The notes under the pieces were generated by a model that ran no database searches, was not told the origin of the DNA, and saw only the letters and a program-made list of their open reading frames with translations. From a virus, in IMG/VR virus record IMGVR_UViG_3300033141_004852, positions 28,604-92,603 of that record: DNA of 64,000 bases. The stretch is one strand, 5' to 3'. Each line of letters begins with the position of its first letter. The first letter of the stretch is position 1. Both the position numbers and the translations under genes were made by a program. Shown in pieces: positions 9,767 through 21,600 of the stretch.

Positions 9767-10246
9767 TCACTCCGTGACCACCAAACGCTCGTCATCCCCC
9801 TCCCGCATATCCATCTCCGGCATCCCCGCGGCGCTGTGGTCATCCGTATAATACGCCGCCAAGAAAGCTCGCGTCAGCACCTCGACAACACGCTCCTCCA
9901 CATCCTGCACCCAGGCAATCCCGACGCGCAACGACGCGTCAATCCCCTTTCCCAGAATCCGCTCCGCGACGCTCACCCCCGCCCACGTCAGATCCGCCAC
10001 CAGGATATGAACGACCTCGTGGCAAGCAACTCGCCGACTGGGCTCCGCGCCGCGGGGGATCGTCACCGTCGCCATCCGGTAGTTGACCCACTCAGTGTCA
10101 GTCTCCGCGTCCACTTTCGCTGGTAAGTCATCCCCCCACCGGACACGAATCATCCAACCCGGGTCGCGTAGCAACCGAGTGGCCCAAACCCGGATCAGTT
10201 TCTCCCACACTGCTAGTTTATCGACTTCGGCGTCCGCCATAGTCAC
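9767..10246 (-). CDS. HExxH metallopeptidase-like protein
   Basis: 'ACHEVVHIL' and a downstream 'EE'. Confidence 0.5.
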   Translation of the reverse strand: MTMADAEVDKLAVWEKLIRVWATRLLRDPGWMIRVRWGDDLPAKVDAETDTEWVNYRMATVTIPRGAEPSRRVACHEVVHILVADLTWAGVSVAERILGKGIDASLRVGIAWVQDVEERVVEVLTRAFLAAYYTDDHSAAGMPEMDMREGDDERLVVTE

Positions 10247-10247
10247 C

Positions 10248-10898
10248 TCACTTCATCTCGTGTACGGTAATCTCCACCACACACCCCTCACAATACCACA
10301 GAATCTCAGTTACTGCATCCCGCCGTGCAGGGAGACTGAAAGTCCGCCCCCGCCAATGCTCCCCTAGGGGACAAATATGAGCAACGTGGTTCTGATAGGA
10401 AACCAGATACTCCAGTTGCCGCCCACTATCCACCTGGCTCGTTGAGGGTCCCATTGTCATCACAATACGCTGGTCAGCAGGCTCCGGGCCCAACACGATC
10501 CCAGCTCCCACCTGATTCGCTCGAAAACGAGCGTACCGTAGCGGCCACACCTGCGCGGTCTCACGCGTCGCCCACCAGAAATCCGCCCACTTACGACGCG
10601 GAAGCCAGCAAGCAACGCGCTCAACCCGCACCCGCAAGTGGGAACCACTCCAGCGCAATGCCGCAATCGCCGAGCCGATCCCATCCCACTTCCCCACACG
10701 AACCTCATCCTGCGACCGCGGAGCCGCCAACTCCCATCGAGAATCACCGAGATAGGTCAGGCCTCGGTTATGTTCGGGTTTACCATCCCGACCCCAAAGG
10801 GGAAATACGCGGAGTGTGGACATTCTACTCAGCCTCCATCCGCCGAATCTTCGCCACCAACTCCTCCAACGATTCCCGAGACCACAACGTCCCCTCAC
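10248..10898 (-). CDS. Hypothetical protein
   Basis: ORF in operon; true start probably near 10823 (MSTLRV). Confidence 0.4.
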   Translation of the reverse strand: MRGRCGLGNRWRSWWRRFGGWRLSRMSTLRVFPLWGRDGKPEHNRGLTYLGDSRWELAAPRSQDEVRVGKWDGIGSAIAALRWSGSHLRVRVERVACWLPRRKWADFWWATRETAQVWPLRYARFRANQVGAGIVLGPEPADQRIVMTMGPSTSQVDSGRQLEYLVSYQNHVAHICPLGEHWRGRTFSLPARRDAVTEILWYCEGCVVEITVHEMK

Positions 10899-11667
10899 CC
10901 TCTACATAGGTACGCACCGCCCGCAAGGCTTCCAGTGCCAACTCCCTTCGCTTCACAAACGTTGTCAAGGACCGGAGCAGTGTCTCCACCTGCGAGACAT
11001 ACACGTCCGGGCCCAGAAGTTCCCGAGCGGCGTCCATAATCCGCCGGGCATCTCGCTCATCTTCCCCCTCCACCTGCGCGAGCCTCCGCGCAATATCAAC
11101 CCCCAACTTACGAGCCCGTTCCGCTAAGCTCGCGTTTTCCTCCTCAATCAGACGATCACGAAGCACCCGCACCGCACTCCGACGCTCATCTATCGCGAAG
11201 AGGAGCGACTGCCATTCCCACTGATCAAGTGAACACTCCCGCCGCTGCGCACTCTTCCGCACCGTCCACGTACCCTTCGCGGGATTGTAGAGAATCACCC
11301 CACACTCGACCGGGACTTCCTCCAAACGGACCAATCCTGTAGGGAACGCGAAGAAGAGGCGATTACACAACGGCAGATAACGGCGGTACTTTCCCTGATG
11401 AACATCCCCGCGGAAATCCGCAGCGGAAACCTTCACTTCGTACGCTGTAAGGTCGGGGCGAGTATAACTCCGCCGCATCGTGAAGACATCGGGAACGGGA
11501 ATCCGCCCCCGGGCCAACCACCGGCTGCCGATGCCTACCCCCTGCCACACCAGCATGTTGTTCATAGACTCACAATGTTGGACAAGCAGATCGCAGAGGT
11601 CGCCGTGGGAACCAGACCAAGTAGAAGACCGTTGTGCTGACAACACCCTACCAGTCAAGTGAGGCAT
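10825..11667 (-). CDS. MmcB-like PD-(D/E)XK nuclease
   Basis: 'PDV...YEVKVSAADFRGD...KYRRY...CNRLFFAFP'. Confidence 0.7.
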   Translation of the reverse strand: MPHLTGRVLSAQRSSTWSGSHGDLCDLLVQHCESMNNMLVWQGVGIGSRWLARGRIPVPDVFTMRRSYTRPDLTAYEVKVSAADFRGDVHQGKYRRYLPLCNRLFFAFPTGLVRLEEVPVECGVILYNPAKGTWTVRKSAQRRECSLDQWEWQSLLFAIDERRSAVRVLRDRLIEEENASLAERARKLGVDIARRLAQVEGEDERDARRIMDAARELLGPDVYVSQVETLLRSLTTFVKRRELALEALRAVRTYVEGEGTLWSRESLEELVAKIRRMEAE

Positions 11668-12173
11668 CAGCGCTCCCCCCTCGGCATCCCCTGCTGATAC
11701 CACCAGAGGATCCCCAAGGCGTCGGCCTCGTTATCATCGGCGATCTCCCTCCCATAATGCTCCGACACCGCCGCCATCATTTCCGCCTTACCAGCATTCC
11801 CCCTTCCCGTCACCGCCTTCTTCAGGGTGCCCGACGGAACACTATCATGGTCTGCCCCGCGCTCCGCCGCCCACTCTATCACGCGCGTGACCATCCCCAC
11901 ACATACAGCAGTGGCGGCGCCACCACGATGGTGCGCCGCCTCGAAAAGCACGAGATCCCCCGGACCGATGGGGAAAGTCTTCCGCAACCATTGATTGAAT
12001 CGCCAGAAACGCATTCCCGGCGACTCGTCCCGCCCTACAGCGAAACTCTGTACCCCTGATTCAATCACCTCACCATCCCAAACCGCCCACCCGGTATGGG
12101 TGGCCACGTCCAAGCACACAACCAACGGATGTGACCGCGCCGGTATCACCCTGCCGGTCAATTCCGGCATCAA
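11667..12173 (-). CDS. ruvC: RuvC-like Holliday junction resolvase
   Basis: 'CLDVATHTGWA', 'FE', 'LKKAVTGRGNAGKAEM' and 'DDNEADAL'. Confidence 0.85.
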   Translation of the reverse strand: MMPELTGRVIPARSHPLVVCLDVATHTGWAVWDGEVIESGVQSFAVGRDESPGMRFWRFNQWLRKTFPIGPGDLVLFEAAHHRGGAATAVCVGMVTRVIEWAAERGADHDSVPSGTLKKAVTGRGNAGKAEMMAAVSEHYGREIADDNEADALGILWWYQQGMPRGER

Positions 12174-14483
12174 TCAAACCCCTCCACACACCCATAGCAA
12201 TAGGGTGCCAGATCCGCTTCGAAGGCCTCCGGCGCTCGCAACCAAGTCAGAATCCGCCGTATTTCCTCAGCGAACTCCCGATTTCCCGCTTTCTCCACCG
12301 CATCCGCATACGCCCGCATCGCCTCCCGAGCGCAGGGGTCCTCGTCCAACCGGAGCACGAAGTAGATGGCACGCGGATCTACTGCCGAACCGTCAGCGTG
12401 AGTAATGATGTACTTCCCCTTCTTCCACCCACCATCCAAATAATCGTGATCAGCCATGAGACACCTCCTGTACTCGCGGAATACGTACCACCGTCACGAC
12501 CACCCGCACCACTCCCAACCACACCGACAGCGACCACACACCATTCCACCGCACGGCGCCGCAACCGAACTCCATCGTCCAGCAACGCCACCCCCGCCAC
12601 AAACCAGATCCGAAACAGATAATGTCGCCCCACTTACCCAAAGTCAGGCGCCGCCACCACAATCGGTGCTCCATGCTCATACTCCTTCATTCCACGGGAA
12701 AATCGCGGGAGACGACCAGTACGGCGAAACTCCTTACGTTCTCGTTGAGAGCGATCCTCCGCTTCCTCGGCAGTTTCCACCTCCTCCGCCCCACATTTGG
12801 AGCACCCCCACCGAATCCGCTGGGTGGAAGTAGTGGCGATATAGTACATATACTCCCCACAATGTCGAGGAGAATGTAGACTAGCCACCGATACCTCCCT
12901 TGTAGAAACTCTCCGCGGAGAAGGCGTGTAAGGTGCTGGAGATCAAGCAAACAGCTGCACAAGCGAGAGCAGCACAAGATTCGCAAGCAGAGCACCCATG
13001 CGTACCTTCTCCGCGGAAAGGTCGACAACCTCGGTTGCCAACTCATCTCCACTTATACACTTGTCAAACTTCGGGGGAGGACAATCCCACCCACAGGCTT
13101 ATCCTCCCCCCGGACTGCATCCCGGAGCGGATGCACTCACCTCAGCACTCGTTTCCCCTGTGGGGGAGTATCACGACCAGCAGTGCATCGGGTACTCCCC
13201 CACATCGGGGACCGCGGGGGACGGCCAGGCGCGCGGGAAATCTCAACGCACATCACCCGCACCCACCACCGTGATATTGCGCTGCTTGATTGCCGACCCC
13301 ACACGGCATTGCCCATCCTCGCCGATCTCCAGAATCCCCAAGCGTGCCAGGGTAGTAAGGAGTCTCTCGATCTCCTGCCCCACCCCCTGACGCTGCTGTT
13401 CAAGCGCCTTCATCACCGCTTGGTGGAGTTGCTGCATATCCGCCACGGCAGCCTGCACCTGCGCCCGCAACTCAGCCAAATCCTTGCCGATTTGATAGGG
13501 GTCCGTCACCAACCGAACTTCCGAGATCTTCTGGTCGTTATCAGCCACGATGAATCCTTTCCTTTCTCACACCCTATATACCGACGACTCGCTGAAATGT
13601 TACATCCACTCGTAGCCGCAACAACCCCACCAACAGTACCTCATCCAGCATCCCCCAGCGCCTCCCCCACCTTGTCGGGAAGCAACCATCGCCCATCATG
13701 CTCCTGAAGCCATCCGCCAAGACGCTGACGTGAGGAGAAAGGTTTCTCAGGAGGAACCACTCCAGCAGGGAGAAGAACTACGGCATCTAGGTGACCGGAA
13801 GCGTCGCAACGATCCACCCAAAACGCCCCCGACTTATCATTCACCAGGCGCAGATAGTATTCACACGGTTGGCGGGTTTCCGAGTTCCCCGGACTCCAGA
13901 TCACCACTCCGAACTCCCATTGACGATACAATTCCCGCTGTCCTTCCAATGGCATAAATCTCAGCCTCCTTTTTCGCACCCACAAGCCCTACCACTAGGC
14001 GCCTCATCCAGTTCTGCCAACGCCGCCTCGACTGCCTCCGCCAAGCCCTTATCCGTTACCAGCGGAGTAATCACGCAATATTCACCTTTGGGGCATCGAT
14101 AGACCATCCCCACCTTCGATGAATCCGCTGCCCATTGTATCTCCAACACCGAGACCTTGCCATCTGGAGTCGGAGGGCCAGCAACGGGGATACATTTGAA
14201 ATCAGAAGCGGCATGATGCATCATAACTACCTCCAGAAATACCTACACTACCAACATGTACCGATTGCCAACTAGAAAGTTACACTCCCGACCTCCTACG
14301 CAACCGTCGTATTCGAGAGGCTAGAAGCCGCGCACATGTCCGCGCACCCCGCAACACATCCAATGAGGCAGTATTCGGATTCCCAGCCTCAATCACCAAC
14401 TCCAACTCCGCCGCTATGTAATCGGGGTCATGGCGGCGCATCCGCGCAATTTGTTTATCGTAGCGTTCCTTGAGACTACTCAC
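12170..14483 (-). other. Run of small hypothetical phage ORFs (12170-12457, 12450-12680, 12634-12888, 13243-13548, 13641-13985, 13961-14224, 14280-14483)
   Basis: Abutting or overlapping minus-strand ORFs, several with GGAGG-type RBS. Confidence 0.45.
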
Positions 14484-15411
14484 GGTGTGTCGCCTTCTCC
14501 CTCAACCCAAGGCTGCGACAAACACCCCCCACCTCATGTAACCGACGACGAGCCACACCCAACCACTCTTGGCATATCTCTATACCTATACACTTACGCC
14601 CCGTCAACTGTGCCGCGACCGCGGTAGTGCCGGAACCAAGAAAGGGATCCAAAACTATCTGCCCGGGGCATGTAAACAACTCGATCAAGTGCGCGAGCAA
14701 CCGCACCGGCTTGACGGTTAGATGTGTATTGTAAGCCTCTTTCGTCGGCTTCTCAACGTACATCAAAGTTGTGGGAGACGAACCATCGAGGGTCTTTGTA
14801 CTGTCTATCAGACCTACACGGTATCTGAGCCAGTTCTCGATAAATGACCCCTCCCGCGGTTTCATAGCCAACATGATAGTCTCGAACTGAGGACGAAGTT
14901 GAGGTGTCTTCCTACCCCGTAAGTCTGCAAGTATCTCCTCTTTCTTCTTCTCAGACAGGTCCATCTTCCTGACAAAGTGGGTCATCGAGAACGCTTTGAA
15001 CTGCGCACGCTTCTTATAGTGCCAGGCAAGCAGATCTCGTATCTCAAACCCAGTGTTTTCGGCTGCCACTGCTAAACGATGATAGAGGCGAGGCTGGCTA
15101 AAACAAAGGAAATATCCACCCGGGACCAACACCCGAAATAACTGCGAAGCAATAGGCTCCATAAACTCCTGAAACGCCACAGCCTGCTTGCGGTCAAACT
15201 TCATACCAACCGGCAAACCTCCGACCACCCCCGTTGCCCGCGGTGCAGCCCTACCACCCTTGCGCCATCGCGCGTCCAACCCATCAAGGAAATACGGTGG
15301 ATCAGTTAGCACCAACTGAATCGAAGAATCGGGTATCTTTTTTAGCCGATCCCTGCAATCACCGAGCCACAATTGACTAGTCATAAAGGTCTTCTTTTCA
15401 CGTAGGTTCAA
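14476..15411 (-). CDS. DNA amino-methyltransferase (N6-A/N4-C, beta class)
   Basis: 'LTDPPY' followed by 'VLDPFLGSGTT'; likely start at MTSQLW. Confidence 0.9.
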   Translation of the reverse strand: MNLREKKTFMTSQLWLGDCRDRLKKIPDSSIQLVLTDPPYFLDGLDARWRKGGRAAPRATGVVGGLPVGMKFDRKQAVAFQEFMEPIASQLFRVLVPGGYFLCFSQPRLYHRLAVAAENTGFEIRDLLAWHYKKRAQFKAFSMTHFVRKMDLSEKKKEEILADLRGRKTPQLRPQFETIMLAMKPREGSFIENWLRYRVGLIDSTKTLDGSSPTTLMYVEKPTKEAYNTHLTVKPVRLLAHLIELFTCPGQIVLDPFLGSGTTAVAAQLTGRKCIGIEICQEWLGVARRRLHEVGGVCRSLGLREKATHRE

Positions 15412-15464
15412 GTTGTGCCTTTATCACCACACCGAAGACCAACCACCCTCCGCTTCATTTCCCC

Positions 15465-16256
15465 TCATCCCCCAACTACCCGCAAATGAGTCGCCACCAC
15501 ATAAGCCGCCTGGAAACACACAACCACGTCCTCGAAAACCACCCTGAGTTCCCGCTCCTCTCGCGGGCTAGTATGCCAGTAGATCATCTGCACCCCGCGC
15601 GAACCCGCCTCATACACCGTCGGCACCAACACATCCGGCGCCCGCCCTTGGGGATGATTATCCTGGACATAAACATCCATCACCACCGCCCGCACAATCT
15701 CTCCACCTGTTACCTTCTCCATCGTTGACTCCTTCTGAGCAAGCAACCGCCAGTAAAGTTCCTCGCCTTTACTCACCGAAAGTAAAGGTATTTGCGAACG
15801 CGCCCCACAACTACTAAGGCATCTAGTACAAAGCGGCATCCGAGGACGACGGGGGAGAAGCGTCACGCGGATATACTCAGGACCATCATCCTCCGAACCC
15901 ATCTCCCAAAAACTCCAACACATCTTCGCCCACGCGCCATATTTTACCGCCATGACGCAATTCAATCCTCATAGCACGTCGTCCTCATCCACGATCTCGT
16001 AGTCTTCCCCCACGCACTCCACCCCCAACGATTCCGTCAATTCGGGGTCCCGCAACATAGCGTCCACATGCCAGGGCCAATCCGGCGACTTCGCAGGATG
16101 ATCATCCGGTAGCCGGACCATATCCCCACTCGTCCCCTCGAAGTCCTCCAGCGGCGGATGGTGGACACCCCATTTGATCCCATAGCCGGTAAGACCGTGG
16201 AACACCACCGTCCCCACACGCCTATCCAGTAGTCGTACAAGCGTACCGATCTCCAT
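15465..16256 (-). other. Two hypothetical ORFs (15465-15965, 15969-16256)
   Basis: Packed minus-strand ORFs with RBS. Confidence 0.45.
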
Positions 16257-17074
16257 TATCCACTTTCCTCCTCAGCAATCTCCACCAAGCGTTGGCGGTC
16301 CCTGCACTCCTGCTCCTGGGCTTCCTCCCAAGCACCCTCATCGGTGATATGCTCACGCACTGAATCCTCAATCAATTTCTCCAACACATCCGGTGGCAGA
16401 GCATCCAACTCCACCGTGTCCTCACCGTGCGCCGCGAGGAAGCCCGCTGTCCGACTATCAGTATCCTTCGGCGGCGTCGGAGGAAGTTGATGACGCTCAA
16501 TCTGCTCGGGGAGCAGCGCTACCCGCTTCAGCGATACCCGCCATCCCCACGTTACCCGCAATTCCTCCTCGATAGAGCGGTTGATGTCAACTCCCGAGGG
16601 GTCCCAATCCCCGAAGTAGAGGATATTCCGCACCCGCCGATCCTTCGCCGCCACCAAGGTGCTCACCGAAGGATAGCCTCGACAAATCTGCAACGTCACT
16701 TGGAGGCGGTCTACCACCGGCAGGAACACTGTCGCCAGCGCCTGCTTCTCCAACCATACCTCTGGAGGTGAGTCCTGCTCCGCCCAATAATCGCGGCGGT
16801 AGCCATTCACCAACCCTCGCAAGAAATCACCCAAATCCGACCAACCACCGTGGTGCTGGGGCATCCGCGTCAAATCGGTGAAGGCATGAGGGGAAAGTTT
16901 CCCGTTTTTCCGCCACCGGGTCAGATGCGCGACGAGACGCTTGTACGAGCGCAGCGAGTTCGGAATGACTAGCCCTGCCACAAGTCGATAATAAAGTTGT
17001 CGGACGGTAATCGCCGAACCGTATTCGGCCAATACACACCGACACGCTCGCAAGAGATCGTCAGTCTTACTCAT
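16256..17074 (-). CDS. Topoisomerase VI-A/Spo11-like Toprim protein
   Basis: 'TVRQLYYRL', 'EVWLEK', 'RGYPS', 'YFGDWDPSG' and 'ELDAL'. Confidence 0.75.
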   Translation of the reverse strand: MSKTDDLLRACRCVLAEYGSAITVRQLYYRLVAGLVIPNSLRSYKRLVAHLTRWRKNGKLSPHAFTDLTRMPQHHGGWSDLGDFLRGLVNGYRRDYWAEQDSPPEVWLEKQALATVFLPVVDRLQVTLQICRGYPSVSTLVAAKDRRVRNILYFGDWDPSGVDINRSIEEELRVTWGWRVSLKRVALLPEQIERHQLPPTPPKDTDSRTAGFLAAHGEDTVELDALPPDVLEKLIEDSVREHITDEGAWEEAQEQECRDRQRLVEIAEEESG

Positions 17075-17417
17075 TCTACCACTCCATCCTGTGCCAAATC
17101 TGCCTCGGCATCCACGTCCCCCGGATAATAATCCGGGAGAAGAAAGACAGTACCCCACCACTCCCCATTATGCACCCGACAATCCCCGCATTGTCGCGGA
17201 TGGGCACACTCAACCCCACACTCCCCCGACCCCTCCTTCCAAGTGAAGAGGTACATGTTAGCCGTGAAGAAAACGGTGCTACAACACCGCTCACACCACG
17301 CCCATCGTACCTCATACGATAACGAATAACTCCTGACAACGCCTTGCTTCCGCGGGTGACCAAATAGGCGACACAACAACCTACCCCATGCCAACGACAA
17401 CCGCTGCCAGAATCTCA
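17071..17417 (-). CDS. Cys-rich hypothetical protein
   Basis: MRFWQRL...LLCRLFGH...CERC; coordinates approximate. Confidence 0.35.
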
Positions 17418-17942
17418 TCAACTCAACTCCTTCATCAGACGACGTAGCACGGGCCTCAGCAGCCGCCAACTCGTTACATGGAAAATCAACGGAGCAGGCT
17501 CTCCCAGACGCTCCTGCACCGCCTCCGCGATCTCAAGTTGGTCTTCCAAATACAGACACGGCAATCGGCTAGATACCCTGGGGATCACAGTCAGACAAGA
17601 TACCTTGTGCTCCACAGCGTCTAACCACGGAGGGCGCATACACAAATCACCATATGGAACATCATGCTCGCGCAACCACTCGACAGTCAGGTGCATAAAA
17701 CGGGCTTCCCGAGCCGTCACCAAGCGAATATACCACCCTGCCTCGTGAAACTCCCGCAACAACGCGAGCGCATCCGGGTCCGGCAGTGCTCGCCGGAGTA
17801 GCCGCTCCGCCAACCGCGTCGCGACGAGGAACTTCCACACCGCGTCTCCGAGGCGCCGGTGTCCACGTAGGAACGACAACTCCTGCCTCGTCAGCGTACC
17901 ATCGATGTCGCAGACCACCACCGGCCGCGTATCAGTCATCAA
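17418..17942 (-). CDS. HAD-superfamily phosphatase (5'-nucleotidase/PNK phosphatase-like)
   Basis: 'CDIDGTL', 'VTAR', 'K' and 'LED' HAD motifs. Confidence 0.8.
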   Translation of the reverse strand: MMTDTRPVVVCDIDGTLTRQELSFLRGHRRLGDAVWKFLVATRLAERLLRRALPDPDALALLREFHEAGWYIRLVTAREARFMHLTVEWLREHDVPYGDLCMRPPWLDAVEHKVSCLTVIPRVSSRLPCLYLEDQLEIAEAVQERLGEPAPLIFHVTSWRLLRPVLRRLMKELS

Positions 17943-18609
17943 CGGGCTCCTTTCTTCGAGTAGATGGTATCCACGCTAACTCGCCAGGCTCCGGCGGGAA
18001 GTCGATCACTCGCGGCTCCCCATCCTCTCCCGAGACCCGCCTTACGTAGCAGGGAACGCCTGCCTCGCGGCATTGCTCCTGAATAGAGCGGAACCACGCG
18101 CACTTCGCTCCACCATCGTCCCCACACCCCGCCACCACCTGTCGGAGATCCCGAAGATAAGGAGTAAGATCCACTTCCTCCCATAGAGGTTCCAATACCA
18201 CGCCTCGATTACCGTGAGCGATCTCCAGCAACTCAGGTACACGCTCGTTCACATCCGCCTGCGTCGAACAACGCACGAGAAACCACACGTTCTCCCACGC
18301 GGGGACTTGGCCATCACTGCGGTGGATGAAACTCGCGAGGGACCACGACTCCAACTCCCGCCGCAACTCCACCACGTGAGTAGTCACGACCAGGAAGGTA
18401 TGCTGAGGGTGTCGCAGCATCTGCCCAAACACGCGGTCGCGAGTATCGCCATCCACGCCACCACCCAGGAGATCCATGCCCACGAGTACAACCAGCGGTG
18501 CATAGATGTCCGGGAACGTCGGCTCCGCCCGCGGGTTCCAGATTCGAGACCAAAATGCTAGTCCTGTACCGATCATTCTAAGTCCTCCAGATCCTCCCAT
18601 CGTCTCCAC
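17932..18609 (-). CDS. DUF5131 (phage gp37/gp68-like) protein
   Basis: 'HPQHTFLVVT', 'NVWFLV...QADVNERVPELL', 'LEPL' and 'IQEQCREAGVP'. Confidence 0.7.
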   Translation of the reverse strand: METMGGSGGLRMIGTGLAFWSRIWNPRAEPTFPDIYAPLVVLVGMDLLGGGVDGDTRDRVFGQMLRHPQHTFLVVTTHVVELRRELESWSLASFIHRSDGQVPAWENVWFLVRCSTQADVNERVPELLEIAHGNRGVVLEPLWEEVDLTPYLRDLRQVVAGCGDDGGAKCAWFRSIQEQCREAGVPCYVRRVSGEDGEPRVIDFPPEPGELAWIPSTRRKEPVDD

Positions 18610-21600
18610 CCCTCACCTGAGCGCCGCTCCCACACCTGCAAGACCGCGACAGTCTTGACGACTCGGAAATCATCCCCTTCACCAGAGCACTCATGCCACG
18701 GCGGCGGCCCATACTCGGGAATAGGAAGCAGCGGGCCGCCCCAACGTACCTGCACCCGCATCTTCCTCCCACAATGAGGGCACTTCACCGCCAGGAGTGC
18801 CACCTGATAGTAGTAAGGCGCCGGACACACGTCGGGGTGGAACTCACCGTACCGGGGCGTGCCGTTGAAGTCCCACCACGATGGTGGCTCCGCTATCCGC
18901 GACAGAATATCCTCGTACCGTTGGTGCATCATCATTCGGTCTCCACTCCCTCAAGGACACGGCGAACTTCCCGCTCCCTAGCACACACACAGCGCCTACG
19001 TCGCAAATGTTCTCCCGCGGGCAGTCATCCAGCAAGTCGTAGTGGTGACACTCACAGCGGAGACTCCTTTTCAACGCCGCCCGTCGTGCCTTGTCGATTC
19101 GGTCGCGTAGTTGATCCCGCTCGGCGACAAGATGCTCCAGGGCCTGCCCCATATCGAATATCCAACTCGTTATGACATCTGCATGACGCGCCGCGGCACT
19201 CGTCAAACCCAATGCCGTACATGCCGCCCCATGCTTCGGACACTCATACTGCTGAGTCGCCGCATCCCCATCACCCTCGAAATCTTCGGCACCCTTCACT
19301 ACGAGTTCTTCACCACACCAACAACTAGGCATCGCTATCATCCTCCTTCGGGTACTTCTCGCAGAGGGATTCGTGGGCGAGGAGGGATGTGCAACGCGGA
19401 CAGGAACACTCGCGAAGCGGCACGTCCCAAGACCGACGAGTAGAGACGCGCAATGCCTCCGCCAACCTCTCCGCGTCTGCTCGCCAGGCGTCGCGCTCGT
19501 CCTCTAGGCGGCGATAGCATTCTCTGCTGACGGGCATCATGGCCGCGAGTTCCTCTGGGCCCCATGTGCCTCCTTCCACGTCCGTATTCTCTTTCATCAT
19601 TCCTCCTTCATTGCGGAATATCAGGGGCCGCCTTGGCGTCAATACCACGAAGTACGCGTGCCAATTCATTCCTCGCCGTTGCCCGTCTGCTGGAACTGAC
19701 GTTTACTTCTATAGTGGTAAGTCGCCCATCAACCCACGTTCTCCGATAAGCAGATTCCTCGCATAGAGTGAAGGAGTTCCACTGAGTATGACGCGGGGTA
19801 CAATACACCCACCCCATCTCCCTAATAGTTTGCTCAAAATCTCTTATGCCCTTTCCCTTCATTCGCTCTCCTTCCCGCCGAGGGCGCGGGGTGCTTCCTC
19901 TACACATTTCATCATTTGGGTATGTGTGGAGTGAACACTTAGTGCTTGCAACCTTTCCCGCGCCTTCCTCACGCACCCTTCCTCCGGCTCACCCTCGAAG
20001 CCGTAGAACTTGTTGGCCGCGCGGGCAAGCACGCCATATCTCATGCGTATCGGTTCGGGTGCAGTCTTCCAATCACGCTCGGCATCCTCAAACTCTGCGC
20101 CTCGGTATGCTTGACAGAAATCTGCGTGGTGTATTGCCTTCGCCATCTCCTCAAGGCTCATCTCATGCTCCTCCACTACCGGAGAATAGCCCACAACGCC
20201 AACACCACGACTCCCAGAACGAAGCACGCCGCCGAATTGCGACGATCTCTATCCCCAAGCGGCCGGTAATGCACCCAGAAAACAAGGGGGACCAGCACCC
20301 CCAGGCACGCGAGAGTTCCCCCCAGAGCCAGCAACACGCGGAGAACCAGGGCGTGGAGGTCAGACATTCAGGGCCTCCAGATCATCCAACACCCGCCGCA
20401 GGGCGTCGAGCGCCGATTCCGCCGTGATACGACCGCACACGACATACCGCGCGATCATGTAGGGTTCCACATCCACCAACTCCCCCGACGGAGCATCGCA
20501 GACGTAGTCGCGCTCGCACAACTCCGTCGCCGGACACGTCGCATGGCAATCTCCCGACTCCACTAACCCGGGACCGGCAACCTTACAGAAGGGACACTGC
20601 TCCCCGTTCGTGAGGGCCTCCGCGCGCTCCCACTGCCCCCGCTCCGCCGCCTTCACCGCGGCGCGGTACGCCCGAAGAGATTTCCGGTAAGCCTGCTTGT
20701 AGGTCATTTTCCCTCTTCCTCTAGCAAGCAAGGCGGAGACTAACCAACTCCGCACTCTCATCTATTTCGAGACGCTCTTCATCAAACCACTGCCCTTTAC
20801 CAGGCGCGCCCTCGATAACGACACGAGGCGTCACCTCCACACGCACGTTAGCAAACAGATACTCCGTGCGTCCTGTTACCACACCGGAGAATCCGCTGAT
20901 ACGATCCTTCACCGTCTGACCCAACCGCGTTGTCATCGAGATCCTCCCGAATGTCTTCTCCTCGGCTTTCGACTATAGGCACCGGCCAACCCCGCCAGTC
21001 GACGAGCAAGGTATCCCGTAGCGCTAGCGGCTTCGCGTAAGTCAGCCACCAACTCAGCGTCGCTTTGTCGCGTAGCGCCATTCTCTACCCACTCATGTAC
21101 AGCCCCCTGTGCCGCAGCCGCCATGACAACGAGTAGGGACGGCACCTCCCTGCCCAATGCCTCCAAACGCGACGCTAACTTATCCCGGTCAATGGGCTTC
21201 ATCAGATCTCCGACCGCCTTCCCCGCCGAGGGTGTGGAGTGCATCGCTGACAAACTCGGACGCGTCTCTCAGCGCGCAGCCGAGTATCTCACGTGGGTGC
21301 TCCCGACAATTTGGATACGGCCCCGCACCGCAGCTCTTACAGTTGTTTCGATGAATCACCAGCAGACTGTGCTTTGCCTGTCGCAGGAGCTCGCGGACAT
21401 GCTGCACACAACCCGCCTCGGGATCACCCTCGATACCGTAGAACTTACTCGCCGCGCGGGCGAGGGCATAACTACGGTCCCGGGCGTGCTGAGACGCTTC
21501 CGCCCACGGGATGGGAACGTGCTCCGACCACGCGTCCTCCCCAGACTGCTCATAACGATACTCCGGGGCCGCCTCGTATAGTGCCTTCGCCAGGTCCTCC

